IMG/VR virus record: IMGVR_UViG_3300047560_001018
Span: 1 to 50,914 of that record
Length of the DNA stretch: 50,914 bases
Source of the DNA: a virus
Lineage: Duplodnaviria; Caudoviricetes
Direction: 5' to 3' (one strand)
How positions within the stretch are numbered: position 1 is the stretch's first letter; each line of letters starts with the position of its first letter. Shown here one piece after another: positions 8,469 through 17,386 of this stretch. The notes under the pieces are model-generated. The model searched no databases, was not told the DNA's origin, and saw only the letters and a program-made list of their open reading frames with translations. Both the position numbers and the translations under genes were made by a program.

Positions 8469-9200
8469 ATGTCGGCAACCGACTTTCCGGGCTTCTCATT
8501 CCAGAAGCTCATCCACAAGGCAGAACAGCTTAATAAGCCAAACTCGATCTTACTATTCGCAGATCCGGGCAAGGGCAAGACTTGGCTGGCCGCTTCGATC
8601 TCAGAGGTCGAGGGCTATGACAAGGTTCTTTTGATCGACGTTGAGGGTGGCGCGTCAGCGATCGCTCGAGACTGGAAGAACGTAGACGTTATCAGCGTGA
8701 AGACTCACGAGGGTTTCGTCAAGGTTATCGAAGAGCTACTTGCTAACCCTGACTACTACAACGCAGTGATCATCGACACCATTGGTGTTGTCATGGACCG
8801 AGCTGAGAAGTTCTTTGGCGAGAAGCCAGAGAACAAGAACAATAAGTTCGGCCGCTGGGGTGACCTGAAGAACTGGGCTAACCAAGTCTTCCGTGATCTT
8901 CACACTGCTTCGTTCACATCGATCATTATTGCACACGCACTTGACGACAAGGACGAATCAACGGGAGCAGTGAAGACTACTGCAATGCTTCCGGGCTCAT
9001 TCAAGGGAACGCTTCCGGGCATCCCCGATATCGTTGGCTACATGACGTTCGAGATGGGCGATGAGGGACCACAGCGTGTTCTAGTCACCGGAAACTCGGA
9101 TCGACTAGTAACCAAGAACCGCTTCGGTTTGCCACCGAAGATTTACGCACCAACCATGAAGAAGATCTTTGATCTCATTAACGAAGGAGGAAACAACTAA
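8469..9200 (+). CDS. AAA_24/Sak4-like ATPase (RecA-fold recombinase)
   Basis: ADPGKGKT Walker A, IIDTI Walker B, TKNRF C-terminal motif; between Cas4 and SSB. Confidence 0.88.
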   Translation: MSATDFPGFSFQKLIHKAEQLNKPNSILLFADPGKGKTWLAASISEVEGYDKVLLIDVEGGASAIARDWKNVDVISVKTHEGFVKVIEELLANPDYYNAVIIDTIGVVMDRAEKFFGEKPENKNNKFGRWGDLKNWANQVFRDLHTASFTSIIIAHALDDKDESTGAVKTTAMLPGSFKGTLPGIPDIVGYMTFEMGDEGPQRVLVTGNSDRLVTKNRFGLPPKIYAPTMKKIFDLINEGGNN

Positions 9201-9667
9201 TGACTAACATTTCATTCGACATCACCGAGGAAGCCCTAGCGGCTGCCAATTCATCGAGCTACGAGCCAGTTCCAGCAGGTTCGTATAATGCAACCATCTT
9301 CGACGTCAAGTCGGAGCAGGTAAAGTCGGGTCCAAACGAGGGCAAGCCGCGCTTCAACATCCAGTTCCGTCTCGGTGGTCAGGGCGTTGAGAACCGTCGC
9401 GTGTTCGGTTACGTCTCACTCTACGCTGCTGGTGACTTCTGGAAGACCAAGGCGTTCTTCTCGGCGCTTGGCTACGACATGAAGTCTGGCAAGTTCACCG
9501 TTCCAGAGACAACCGAGTTGCTCGGTAAGCCAATCGGTGTCACTGTCAAGATCGGCACTGATCAGAACGGCCAGCCTCGAAACGAGATCGGCGGCTTCGA
9601 CAAGCCAGACGGCGCAGCAACCCTCGCTGCTGCTTTGGGCGCAAAGCCAGTAGGCGACGTCTTCTAG
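9200..9667 (+). CDS. ssDNA-binding protein (DUF669-like)
   Basis: YEPVPAGSYNATI, L.GKP..VTV, RNEI motifs; acidic/aromatic C-terminus; synteny. Confidence 0.75.
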   Translation: MTNISFDITEEALAAANSSSYEPVPAGSYNATIFDVKSEQVKSGPNEGKPRFNIQFRLGGQGVENRRVFGYVSLYAAGDFWKTKAFFSALGYDMKSGKFTVPETTELLGKPIGVTVKIGTDQNGQPRNEIGGFDKPDGAATLAAALGAKPVGDVF

Positions 9668-9709
9668 TCGAAAACAAAATCCTAGGTCATGATTTAAAAC
9701 TGACCCCAC

Positions 9710-9793
9710 GCCCGGACTGGTGTTAAAGCTTTGGTGTCTTCCTTTCTTTCTCCTTTCTGTTAGCTGATGCAAGTTCGATTCTTGCTCCGGGCA
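9710..9793 (+). ncRNA. tRNA-like RNA with anti-Shine-Dalgarno polypyrimidine tract replacing the anticodon arm
   Basis: 7-bp acceptor stem GCCCGGA/TCCGGGC plus A; perfect T arm GCAAG-TTCGATT-CTTGC; no D stem or anticodon stem-loop; central TCTTCCTTTCTTTCTCCTTTCT. Confidence 0.75.
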
Positions 9794-9865
9794 CAAACTG
9801 CATGCTCTCCGTAAGTGGCCGGCATGTGGGTCCTGTAGTGTAGCCAAGGCAGCTGCAGGATATTT

Positions 9866-9937
9866 TGCCCCTTAGCTCAATGGCAGAGCAGGAAGCTGTT
9901 AACTTCAAGGTTGTTGGTTCGAGTCCAGCAGGGGCAG
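9866..9937 (+). tRNA. tRNA-Asn (GTT)
   Basis: Acceptor TGCCCCT/AGGGGCA, D arm GCTC/GAGC, anticodon loop CTGTTAA, T arm GTTGG-TTCGAGT-CCAGC, discriminator G; CCA not encoded. Confidence 0.92.
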
Positions 9938-9965
9938 CGGGAGAAACATACATAAAGGAGGATAC

Positions 9966-12161
9966 ATGAAGACAGCGGATTTCTTTTCTGCAGTATTTGG
10001 CGATGGCCGTGGACTAGCAACTATCGTAACCAAAGGTGCTACTGGCGAACTAACTGAGCAGCGGTTCTACGAGTATCCAGAGCGCAAAGATGAGATGATC
10101 GCATACTGCAATCTGCACACTCGCGAAGATGTTTACTTCTCACCAATTCTTTTCAACTCGCCACGTCGCATTAAAGAAAATGCTAAGACTGTATCAGTTA
10201 TCTATTCCGATGCAGATACTTGCGAGCCAGACAACTTCTTGATCGAGCCTTCGATCGTCGTGCAGACCTCGCCAGATCGCTGGCACACATACTGGATGCT
10301 GACTGAAGAGACAGATCCACAGGTAGCTGCACTTCTATCCAAGAAGATCGCACACGCCCATGCCCACCAAGGCTGTGACAAATCAGGCTGGAATACCACT
10401 AAGCTTCTCCGTGTGCCAAACTCGATGAACCTGAAGCGTGAACCATTTAGCGTTACGGCCGTTAGCAACGGATCACTATACACGCTTGATGATATCGAGC
10501 TGCACTATGGTGATGTTGAAGTTGAACCAATTCGGGAACTGACAATCTCAGAATTCCCACCAGAATTCCCAGACCTCATGACTACACTGAATAAGGTCCA
10601 GAGTAATCCGGAAGTGCTTGGCTTGTATATCAACGAGCCTTCTCCGAATGCAGACTGGTCCAAACTTCTGTGGAAGCTAGAGATCGCCTTGTATCGCCAA
10701 GGCCTAAGTGAGCGAGAGGTATTTGTTGTATGTCGCGGTGCGAAGTGCAACAAGTATCACTCACCGCTACGACCAAAGCGTATGGATGCAGATGGCGATC
10801 TATGGCGTGAAGTGCAGCGAGCGCACCAGTCGTTTGTTGCAGAGGGCGGAATGCTTGAGCCAGTGCGTATCGAGCCACTCGACACCATTGTTATCTCGCA
10901 GGAGCCCGAACGAGCTGTATTCTTAAGCGACGACGAGCGTTCTTTGGTCATGGAGACGCCCACGTTCGTGGATGAATATCTAGGATGGGCCACATCGAAG
11001 ACGGACGGTGCGATCAGTTATCAGATCGCTAGTGCATTTACTGCGCTATCGTGCGTATTCTCCGACATTGGTTATGCTGTGCCGAAGTACGGACGTATGG
11101 GCCTGAATCTGTGGTTTATGGTGCTAGGTGAAACAACTCTTACTCGTAAGTCAACTAGCCGCAACCTTATGTTGCGACTGATTCGCGAGTATGAAAAGTT
11201 CTCTGGCTACCAGATCGACATTGGTTCGGATGCAACGCCGGAAGGTGTTACATCTATCCTTTCTGAGCGAGACGGAAAGACTTCCCTATTGCACAGAGAT
11301 GAAGTCCAAGGTATGTTTAAGGACTTCATGAACAAAACCTACATGGCCTCAGCAGCCGAGCGATTCACTGAATTGTATGACGGCCATGTTCCGGTTGTAA
11401 TCCGATCAGGCAAGGGCAAGTCCCAGACTGAGCGAGCAACCACAAACTTCGTGATGTATCTTATGGGTATCGGATCGAAGACAGCTGATGTTCTCACTAC
11501 TGAGTACTTTAAGTCTGGCTTCTTGGCACGTTTCATTTATGTTACAGCCAAGACGCCAGACCGTACTCGTGAGATGGAGGATATCCAACAGGCAGAAGAG
11601 CATGAAGCGATCATTAAAGATGGTAAGCTAGACTCTTTGGTTAAGTCCCTTTATGGCGCAGTTACCTACTGGCAGAAGAAGGGCTCGCCAATGCCGCGAC
11701 CGATCCGATTGGATCACTCGGCACTGGAGCGGTTCAACCGATTCAAGTGGGAGATGGGCAACTTTGCTGAGTCTCACCCAGAATACGAATCGATCGAACC
11801 TAGCCGACAGCGACTAGCACTATCTGTTTGGAAGTGTGCAATCCTGTTGGCCATGTATGATCAGTCAGATGAAGTAAGACTTAAGCATATGCTTATTGCT
11901 ATTTACTATTCTGAAGACTGGTTTGCCAACCTAACTGAGATGGCTAGCGCTATCTCAAACTCTGAATGGCAGCGCGACGTCGACAAGCTCGAAGCGTTGG
12001 TCATGGATAAGGGTGGGCGAATTCGTTATGAAGAAGCGTATCGCAAGTTTAACAACAAGCGCAAGCGCGAATTCGACGAAATGGTACAGGCCCTGCAATC
12101 GCAGGCGCGTGTGCAGCAAGTAATAGAAAACCAGAAAACGTATTTGGAGGTGATTGGATAA
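9966..12161 (+). CDS. DNA primase (RepB-like/prim-pol N-terminus) fused to a DUF3987-like P-loop domain
   Basis: YSDAD, VQTSPDRWHTYW, LLRVPNSMN primase motifs; C-terminal GETTLTRKST, RDE, SGFLARF. Confidence 0.85.
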   Translation: MKTADFFSAVFGDGRGLATIVTKGATGELTEQRFYEYPERKDEMIAYCNLHTREDVYFSPILFNSPRRIKENAKTVSVIYSDADTCEPDNFLIEPSIVVQTSPDRWHTYWMLTEETDPQVAALLSKKIAHAHAHQGCDKSGWNTTKLLRVPNSMNLKREPFSVTAVSNGSLYTLDDIELHYGDVEVEPIRELTISEFPPEFPDLMTTLNKVQSNPEVLGLYINEPSPNADWSKLLWKLEIALYRQGLSEREVFVVCRGAKCNKYHSPLRPKRMDADGDLWREVQRAHQSFVAEGGMLEPVRIEPLDTIVISQEPERAVFLSDDERSLVMETPTFVDEYLGWATSKTDGAISYQIASAFTALSCVFSDIGYAVPKYGRMGLNLWFMVLGETTLTRKSTSRNLMLRLIREYEKFSGYQIDIGSDATPEGVTSILSERDGKTSLLHRDEVQGMFKDFMNKTYMASAAERFTELYDGHVPVVIRSGKGKSQTERATTNFVMYLMGIGSKTADVLTTEYFKSGFLARFIYVTAKTPDRTREMEDIQQAEEHEAIIKDGKLDSLVKSLYGAVTYWQKKGSPMPRPIRLDHSALERFNRFKWEMGNFAESHPEYESIEPSRQRLALSVWKCAILLAMYDQSDEVRLKHMLIAIYYSEDWFANLTEMASAISNSEWQRDVDKLEALVMDKGGRIRYEEAYRKFNNKRKREFDEMVQALQSQARVQQVIENQKTYLEVIG

Positions 12162-12565
12162 TGGATCGTAACGAAGCATTGAAGGTAGCATCAGCACTGA
12201 ATGAAGCTATCTGGCTGAGAGATAACATCCACCTGCTATCCCGCGTGGATGTCGAGGATGGTGTAAAGCGGCTAGCTGTGTTCGGTGTGTTCTCCAACCG
12301 CCAGATACAAGCTATTACAGCGGGCCGGGTAAGCCATCAGTCAGTTGCTCGCATAACAGGCAAGAGCAACAAGTCTGGTGGCAGCCTGAACCCGGGCTCA
12401 CTAGAGCTACTACGTTCTGTGCTATACCGCCGAGCAGAATCAGAGTCAGACTTTGACCTGATCTCACAGGCGGTAGAGCTCGGAACATCACAACACATGG
12501 TTGCAAAGCTAACCGGCGTAAGCCAAAGCACAATTAGCAAGAAACTTAAGGAGGACAATGGCTGA
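12161..12565 (+). CDS. double-HTH DNA-binding protein
   Basis: SNRQIQAITAGRVSHQSVAR and SQHMVAKLTGVSQSTISK. Confidence 0.75.
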   Translation: MDRNEALKVASALNEAIWLRDNIHLLSRVDVEDGVKRLAVFGVFSNRQIQAITAGRVSHQSVARITGKSNKSGGSLNPGSLELLRSVLYRRAESESDFDLISQAVELGTSQHMVAKLTGVSQSTISKKLKEDNG

Positions 12566-12725
12566 TCTAATGTCACGCAAAGCCAAGTTTGAGGAAGTAA
12601 AGCAAGATACAAAGGCTCTGCGATTCCACTGCGATCGCTATGAGTCTGGAGCTACTGACAAGCTGGCAAAGCAGTGCTATCAGTATCTACGAATCCTGAA
12701 GGAGGCCTACGGTGTGGAAGTCTAG
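12558..12725 (+). CDS. hypothetical protein (55 aa, MADLMSRK...YGVEV)
   Basis: Hand-translated, AAGGAGG RBS. Confidence 0.65.
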   Translation: MADLMSRKAKFEEVKQDTKALRFHCDRYESGATDKLAKQCYQYLRILKEAYGVEV

Positions 12726-13158
12726 ACTGCTATGCCTCGATCCGGGTGGCACAACTGGTGTTGCCCTGCTAGAGTATGATGAAGAAACTGCGCCAAGCAT
12801 TATTTGGCACAAGCAGATCGAAGGCGGCCTGCAGGGCTTCCTAAATTTTCACTGGGATCAGTTGCAAGACTGGCTCTATAGTGAGATCATCTGCGAGTCA
12901 TTCACTCTCCGTGAAGGAGTCTACGGTGTAGACCTATCGCCAACGTACATAATCGGGGCACTAGAGGCCTTACACGAGTTGGATGATATTATCTATCAGG
13001 AACCGTCAATGAAGCCTCTATGCGACGATGAGCGCCTTAAGAAGATGGGTCTATATACACCGGGCCGAGGACATGCAATGGATGCTGTTCGTCATGGTGT
13101 TATCTACCTCCGCAACAAAAAGCACAAGCCTACGCTGGAAGCTGGGTGGAAGGAGTAA
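12712..13158 (+). CDS. RuvC-like Holliday junction resolvase
   Basis: CLDPGGTTGVA, ICESF, HAMDAVRH. Confidence 0.85.
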   Translation: MWKSRLLCLDPGGTTGVALLEYDEETAPSIIWHKQIEGGLQGFLNFHWDQLQDWLYSEIICESFTLREGVYGVDLSPTYIIGALEALHELDDIIYQEPSMKPLCDDERLKKMGLYTPGRGHAMDAVRHGVIYLRNKKHKPTLEAGWKE

Positions 13159-13159
13159 T

Positions 13160-13897
13160 ATGAAGATTCTATTCTTGGATCTGGAGACAAGCCCCAACAT
13201 GGCATATGTTTGGGGATTGTTCAACCAGAATGTGTCTATCAACCAAATGGTAAAGTCAACCGAAGTGATCTGCTTCGGAGCAAGGTGGAATGGTGAAAAG
13301 AAAGTTACCTTCAAGTCTGTACACCATGACGGTAAAGAAGCGATGCTTGATTCGCTTTGGGAACTTGTTAATGAGGCTGATGTACTTGTGGGCTGGAATA
13401 GCCAAAGCTTTGACTCTAAGCACATTAAGCGAGAGCTCCTTGAAAATGGCTACACCCCACCGTCACCGTACAAAGAGCTTGATCTCATGCGTGTTGTGCG
13501 TTCACAGTTTAAGTTCCCGTCAAACAAACTCGATTATGTGGCGCAAAAGCTTGGAGTTGGTGCTAAAGTTAAGCACTCGGGTTTTGATCTATGGGTCGCT
13601 TGCATGGCAGGAGACAACAAAGCATGGGCGGAAATGAAGAAGTATCAGATTCAGGACGTAGACCTGCTGATCGACCTTTACGATAAGCTGCTACCTTGGA
13701 TCAAGAACCACCCGAATCGAGCACTACACGACGATGTTCCAGATGGCTGCCCAAACTGTGCGTCAACCAACATGGAGCGACGCGGCTTTAGCTACACTAC
13801 CGTAGCTAAATACCAGCGCTACCAGTGCAAGAACTGTGGGAAGTGGACGCGTGGCGGTACTGCGGTATCTAACGTCGCTCTTCGCTCGGCTGTTTAA
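13160..13897 (+). CDS. DnaQ/RNase H-like 3'-5' exonuclease with C-terminal Zn ribbon
   Basis: LDLET (ExoI), WNSQSFD (ExoII), YQIQDV (ExoIII), CPNC...CKNC; AAGGAG RBS before 13160. Confidence 0.88.
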   Translation: MKILFLDLETSPNMAYVWGLFNQNVSINQMVKSTEVICFGARWNGEKKVTFKSVHHDGKEAMLDSLWELVNEADVLVGWNSQSFDSKHIKRELLENGYTPPSPYKELDLMRVVRSQFKFPSNKLDYVAQKLGVGAKVKHSGFDLWVACMAGDNKAWAEMKKYQIQDVDLLIDLYDKLLPWIKNHPNRALHDDVPDGCPNCASTNMERRGFSYTTVAKYQRYQCKNCGKWTRGGTAVSNVALRSAV

Positions 13898-14198
13898 GCG
13901 CAACTATGTGGAGGTGGGCTTGTTAAAAGAGCTCCCTCCACTTGTTGTTCCAGCGGGATATGAGGAGCATGTGTTGCATATGTACAGCGAAGAGATGGAC
14001 GCGAATGTTATTGTCCATCTAGTGTGCGCCTGTGACGCTCCATCATTCAAGAAGATTGATCGAGATGAATATACCTGTATCCATTGCGATAATCCATGCA
14101 ATGTGGTAGACTGCATCAGATGTAAAGCATTGGATGAATTCGATAACTACGAATTCCCAGCAGATGAGATCGGTGGTGAAGAAGATTCCGACGTATGA
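13851..14198 (+). CDS. Cys-rich hypothetical protein (start uncertain)
   Basis: CAC, CIHC, C...CIRC motifs. Confidence 0.55.
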   Translation: MAVLRYLTSLFARLFKRNYVEVGLLKELPPLVVPAGYEEHVLHMYSEEMDANVIVHLVCACDAPSFKKIDRDEYTCIHCDNPCNVVDCIRCKALDEFDNYEFPADEIGGEEDSDV

Positions 14199-14376
14199 TT
14201 ATGAATGCAAAGATTGCAAAACCAAGCTGTCAATCGTCGCAAACATTAAGGATACAGTTACTGAACCGGCTTGTGAAGATTGTAAAAAAGCAATGACTCG
14301 CAAGTATAACTTTGGCGCAGTGACATTTAAGGGTTCAGGTTTCTACCGGACCGACAGAAATAAGAAGGAGGAGTAA
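14176..14376 (+). CDS. FmdB-family zinc ribbon protein
   Basis: PTYDYECKDC...CEDC...FKGSGFYRTD signature. Confidence 0.85.
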   Translation: MKKIPTYDYECKDCKTKLSIVANIKDTVTEPACEDCKKAMTRKYNFGAVTFKGSGFYRTDRNKKEE

Positions 14377-14561
14377 TGCCGTATTACATTAGCAAGACAC
14401 AAAAAGATTGCAAAGGCCGTTGGGCTGTGATCAGTTCGGATAAGAAGATTCATGGCTGTCACCCAAACAAGCAGGCAGCGATTGCACAGATGGTTGCCAT
14501 CTCGATTGCTCAGAAGATGGATCCGGGTGGCACTTGGCCGGGCGACAAGAAGGCTAAATAA
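14376..14561 (+). CDS. conserved small phage protein (MPY...GCH...AIAQ family)
   Basis: AAGGAGGAG RBS, coupled start. Confidence 0.75.
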   Translation: MPYYISKTQKDCKGRWAVISSDKKIHGCHPNKQAAIAQMVAISIAQKMDPGGTWPGDKKAK

Positions 14562-14944
14562 TGCAGGCCTACGATCTAGTTGACACACTCGTAAAGATCG
14601 ACTACTCAGTCCACAATACTGCACAAATGGTAGCTAACATTAAAGAAGCAAAGGTCATTCATCGGCCGACTGGTAACTTTATTATTATCACTGCTCAGCC
14701 AGATATCCCAGCTGTGCATAGTGCCGTTAGCGCAATGGTTAATGACAATTTTCCAAACTGCCAGCGAGTAGTATTTGTTAGTGGATCAGAAGCTCAAGTT
14801 GCAGAGAAAAAGGCTGGAGTTATTAAGCGTAATAACATCACTGACTTCACCGATAACAATCGTGCGATTCTAGCGAAGATCAAAGAGCTGGTTCCAGATG
14901 TAACCCTATGGGTTATGACTGGTTCTGGCAAGAAGAAATATTAG
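14561..14944 (+). CDS. degenerate HAD-fold-like protein
   Basis: AYDLVDTL resembles HAD motif I; IITAQ, K and FTDNN resemble motifs II-IV. Confidence 0.5.
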   Translation: MQAYDLVDTLVKIDYSVHNTAQMVANIKEAKVIHRPTGNFIIITAQPDIPAVHSAVSAMVNDNFPNCQRVVFVSGSEAQVAEKKAGVIKRNNITDFTDNNRAILAKIKELVPDVTLWVMTGSGKKKY

Positions 14945-14951
14945 GAGGAAC

Positions 14952-15368
14952 ATGGCAAAGATTAATGTGATTGGGAATGTTCCAGCGTATGCACAGATTG
15001 GTGACGCAGGGGCTGATCTAGTCTCAACCGAGGAGCTAACGCTTACTCCGGGACAGACAAAGCTTGTAAAGACTGGAACGTCAATTGCAATTCCAGAGAG
15101 TATGGTCGGTATGGTCTGCTCACGATCAGGGCTATCGCTGAAGAACAGTATCTTTGTGCTTAACGCACCGGGAATCATCGACTCTGGATACCGTGGAGAG
15201 ATCGGCGTTATCTTGCACAATGCAAGCGAAGACTGGTTCCCGATTAAACCGGGCGACCGTATTGCTCAGCTAGTATTTGTACGACACGTTGTTGCGGAAT
15301 TCAACGAGGTTAATTCGCTGGATGCAACTGAGCGTGGAGACAGCGGCTTTGGATCGACGGGAGTATAG
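14952..15368 (+). CDS. dut: trimeric dUTPase
   Basis: AGADL, RSGL, GIIDSGYRGE, RIAQL, RGDSGFGSTG (motifs I-V). Confidence 0.97.
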   Translation: MAKINVIGNVPAYAQIGDAGADLVSTEELTLTPGQTKLVKTGTSIAIPESMVGMVCSRSGLSLKNSIFVLNAPGIIDSGYRGEIGVILHNASEDWFPIKPGDRIAQLVFVRHVVAEFNEVNSLDATERGDSGFGSTGV

Positions 15369-16054
15369 TGAAGTACAGGACCGATGTTACAGTTGATCTT
15401 ATTGATGCTATGGCTTCTGACGATATCATCGTCAAGGCGGCTCGAGTTTCTACTGGTGCTAGTGACAATAAAGATCGTGACGCTGGGCTCATTAACTATC
15501 TAATGCGTGACCGCCACGGCTCACCATTCGAACACGCCGTGTTCACGTTCCGCATCGAAGCACCAATCTTCGTGTTCCGTGAGTTTATGCGTCACCGCAT
15601 GGCCTCGTATAATGAGGAGAGCGGCCGATACAAGGAGCTCGAGCCCGTGTTCTACGTTCCGGGTGGTAAGCGTAATCTGATTCAGATTGGCAAGCCGGGA
15701 GCTTATGAGTTCATTCCGGGCACAGAAGAGCAGCATGACCTAGTTGTTGAGTCAATCATCAGTGCGTCAAAGGAAGCATACAATCGCTACGAGAGTATGC
15801 TGGCAGCTGGCATTGCGCGTGAGGTTGCTCGTGTTGTACTACCAGTCAATATTTATTCATCGATGTATGTAACAATGAACGCACGATCGCTGATGAATTT
15901 CTTGAGTCTTCGCACCAAGGATGATAATAGCGCATTCCCTTCGTTCCCGCAGCGTGAGATCGAGATGGTTGCCGAAAAGATGGAAGCAATCTTCTCTGGC
16001 TGGATGCCAGCTACTCATGCTTCATTTGTAAAGAATCGGAGGGTTGCACCATAA
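15368..16054 (+). CDS. thyX: flavin-dependent thymidylate synthase
   Basis: HGSPFEH, RHRMASYNEESGRY, AREVARVVLP. Confidence 0.97.
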   Translation: MKYRTDVTVDLIDAMASDDIIVKAARVSTGASDNKDRDAGLINYLMRDRHGSPFEHAVFTFRIEAPIFVFREFMRHRMASYNEESGRYKELEPVFYVPGGKRNLIQIGKPGAYEFIPGTEEQHDLVVESIISASKEAYNRYESMLAAGIAREVARVVLPVNIYSSMYVTMNARSLMNFLSLRTKDDNSAFPSFPQREIEMVAEKMEAIFSGWMPATHASFVKNRRVAP

Positions 16055-16263
16055 TGACAGATGCAGTAAATCATCCGCCGCATTACACTAGCGATCCAAG
16101 TGGAGTGGAGTGCATTACCATTGTGCGACATAGAAACTTTGCAATCGGCAATGCGATTAAGTATCTATGGCGAGCTGGACTAAAAGACGGCAACTCTGAT
16201 ATTCAAGATTTGCGTAAAGCAATCTGGTATATTGAAGACGAGATCAAACGACTCGAAAATTAA
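16054..16263 (+). CDS. DUF3310 protein
   Basis: VNHPPHY...GNAIKYLWRAG.K...DLRKAIWY. Confidence 0.9.
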   Translation: MTDAVNHPPHYTSDPSGVECITIVRHRNFAIGNAIKYLWRAGLKDGNSDIQDLRKAIWYIEDEIKRLEN

Positions 16264-16269
16264 ATAAAG

Positions 16270-16304
16270 CAAAAGGACCAGCTCACCTCGGGCTGGTCCT
16301 TTTG
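16270..16304. terminator. bidirectional intrinsic terminator between the two convergent arms
   Basis: AAAAGGACCAGCT-loop-GGCTGGTCCTTTT. Confidence 0.9.
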
Positions 16305-16325
16305 TCTTGTCGGGTTACTTCCAAC

Positions 16326-16589
16326 CTACATTAGTAGGAGGCCTACAACCATTGCCGCAACTGAGATGATCGACAATGCTAGGGCAACACTGCCCTTAGC
16401 CGAGGTGCGCTGAGTCTTGAGCTCACGCACATCCATTTCAAGCTCACGAATGTCTTTCTTGACATCGTTAATTTCTTCTTTTTGAGCGTTCTGGTTTTGC
16501 TCCAGACGCTCCATTCCCTCACGCAAGAAGCGAACCCCTTCTTCAATGCGCCCAATAGCTACTAATACTTCAGTGTAGTCGTCCGGCAT
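16326..16589 (-). CDS. coiled-coil protein with C-terminal TM helix (lysis cassette)
   Basis: Heptad repeats then a hydrophobic C-terminus; follows holin and endolysin. Confidence 0.7.
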   Translation of the reverse strand: MPDDYTEVLVAIGRIEEGVRFLREGMERLEQNQNAQKEEINDVKKDIRELEMDVRELKTQRTSAKGSVALALSIISVAAMVVGLLLM

Positions 16590-16939
16590 TAGCGCAGGTC
16601 GTCCCCGTCAAGCAACTCTTCAAGATCGCCAAATACATCCTCGATCTCCAGAGTCTTCTTAGCTGAAGTTTCAACTGCTCCAGCTACATCCTTATTATCA
16701 GCTGCCTGCTTGGCAACTGCAGCCCGGAAGCCCTTCTCAATGTCTTCTTGTGATACGTTAGCATCCCATGCCAGCTGAACGCCAAAGAAGATAATGATCG
16801 ACGAGAATACGGTAGCTACACCATTAAGCGCACCAAGCAGCGGGCCAATGCCAGTTGCTGCGCCAGTAGCCATTCCGGGAATAGCGGCAAACATGATCAC
16901 ACCAAGTGATCGAGTCAGTAGTTCCTTAAGCTTCTTCAT
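16589..16939 (-). CDS. putative holin
   Basis: Two hydrophobic segments, charged C-terminus, adjacent to endolysin. Confidence 0.6.
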   Translation of the reverse strand: MKKLKELLTRSLGVIMFAAIPGMATGAATGIGPLLGALNGVATVFSSIIIFFGVQLAWDANVSQEDIEKGFRAAVAKQAADNKDVAGAVETSAKKTLEIEDVFGDLEELLDGDDLR

Positions 16940-17385
16940 TACTTAGCTGCCTTTGCTCTTGCGAGCTGAGCGGCAATTACCTTCTTAAGGAAGCCGTCAG
17001 CGTCATATACTTTACCACCGAATACGCCATTCACATTGAGTGAAAGCGTAAGGTGAAGATGAACGCCCGATGATGCAGATCCAGTTGTTCCGGCAAAACC
17101 GATAACCTGACCCGACTTTACTTTAGTCCCCACTTTAAGCGCACAAGGCAGCTGCATGTGGCAGTAGCCAAAGAAGTGCTTGCCAATCTGAAGCACAACA
17201 ACATTGCCCAAGATAGCGCTTTCCTTAACGATGGCGATCACGCCATCGTTAACGGCCAGCAGCGGGGTACCAGCCTTGAAACCATTATAGTCACAACCAC
17301 GGTGGCCGTTTGGATGCCAGTCGTCGACAACACCGAATGCTGGACCGCGGTTAAACTTACCCTTAAGAGGCATTACCCAAGTCAT
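16939..17385 (-). CDS. endolysin, M23 peptidase
   Basis: HRGCD, YCHM, HLH Zn-binding motifs; G.TG.SSGVHLH. Confidence 0.9.
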   Translation of the reverse strand: MTWVMPLKGKFNRGPAFGVVDDWHPNGHRGCDYNGFKAGTPLLAVNDGVIAIVKESAILGNVVVLQIGKHFFGYCHMQLPCALKVGTKVKSGQVIGFAGTTGSASSGVHLHLTLSLNVNGVFGGKVYDADGFLKKVIAAQLARAKAAK

Positions 17386-17386
17386 A

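Noticed and set aside
9710-9793. Calling this element tmRNA or a functional tRNA
   Set aside because: It has no G3-U70 pair, no tag ORF, is far too short for tmRNA, and has no anticodon stem-loop.
9831-9860. Resemblance of TAGCCAAGGCAG to SRP RNA
   Set aside because: The conserved domain IV GNRA tetraloop and symmetric loop are absent; likely chance.
9416-9953. Minus-strand ORFs 9416-9847 and 9723-9953
   Set aside because: They are antisense to SSB and the tRNA elements; GLEPTT and GARIELAS are typical reverse-translated T arms.
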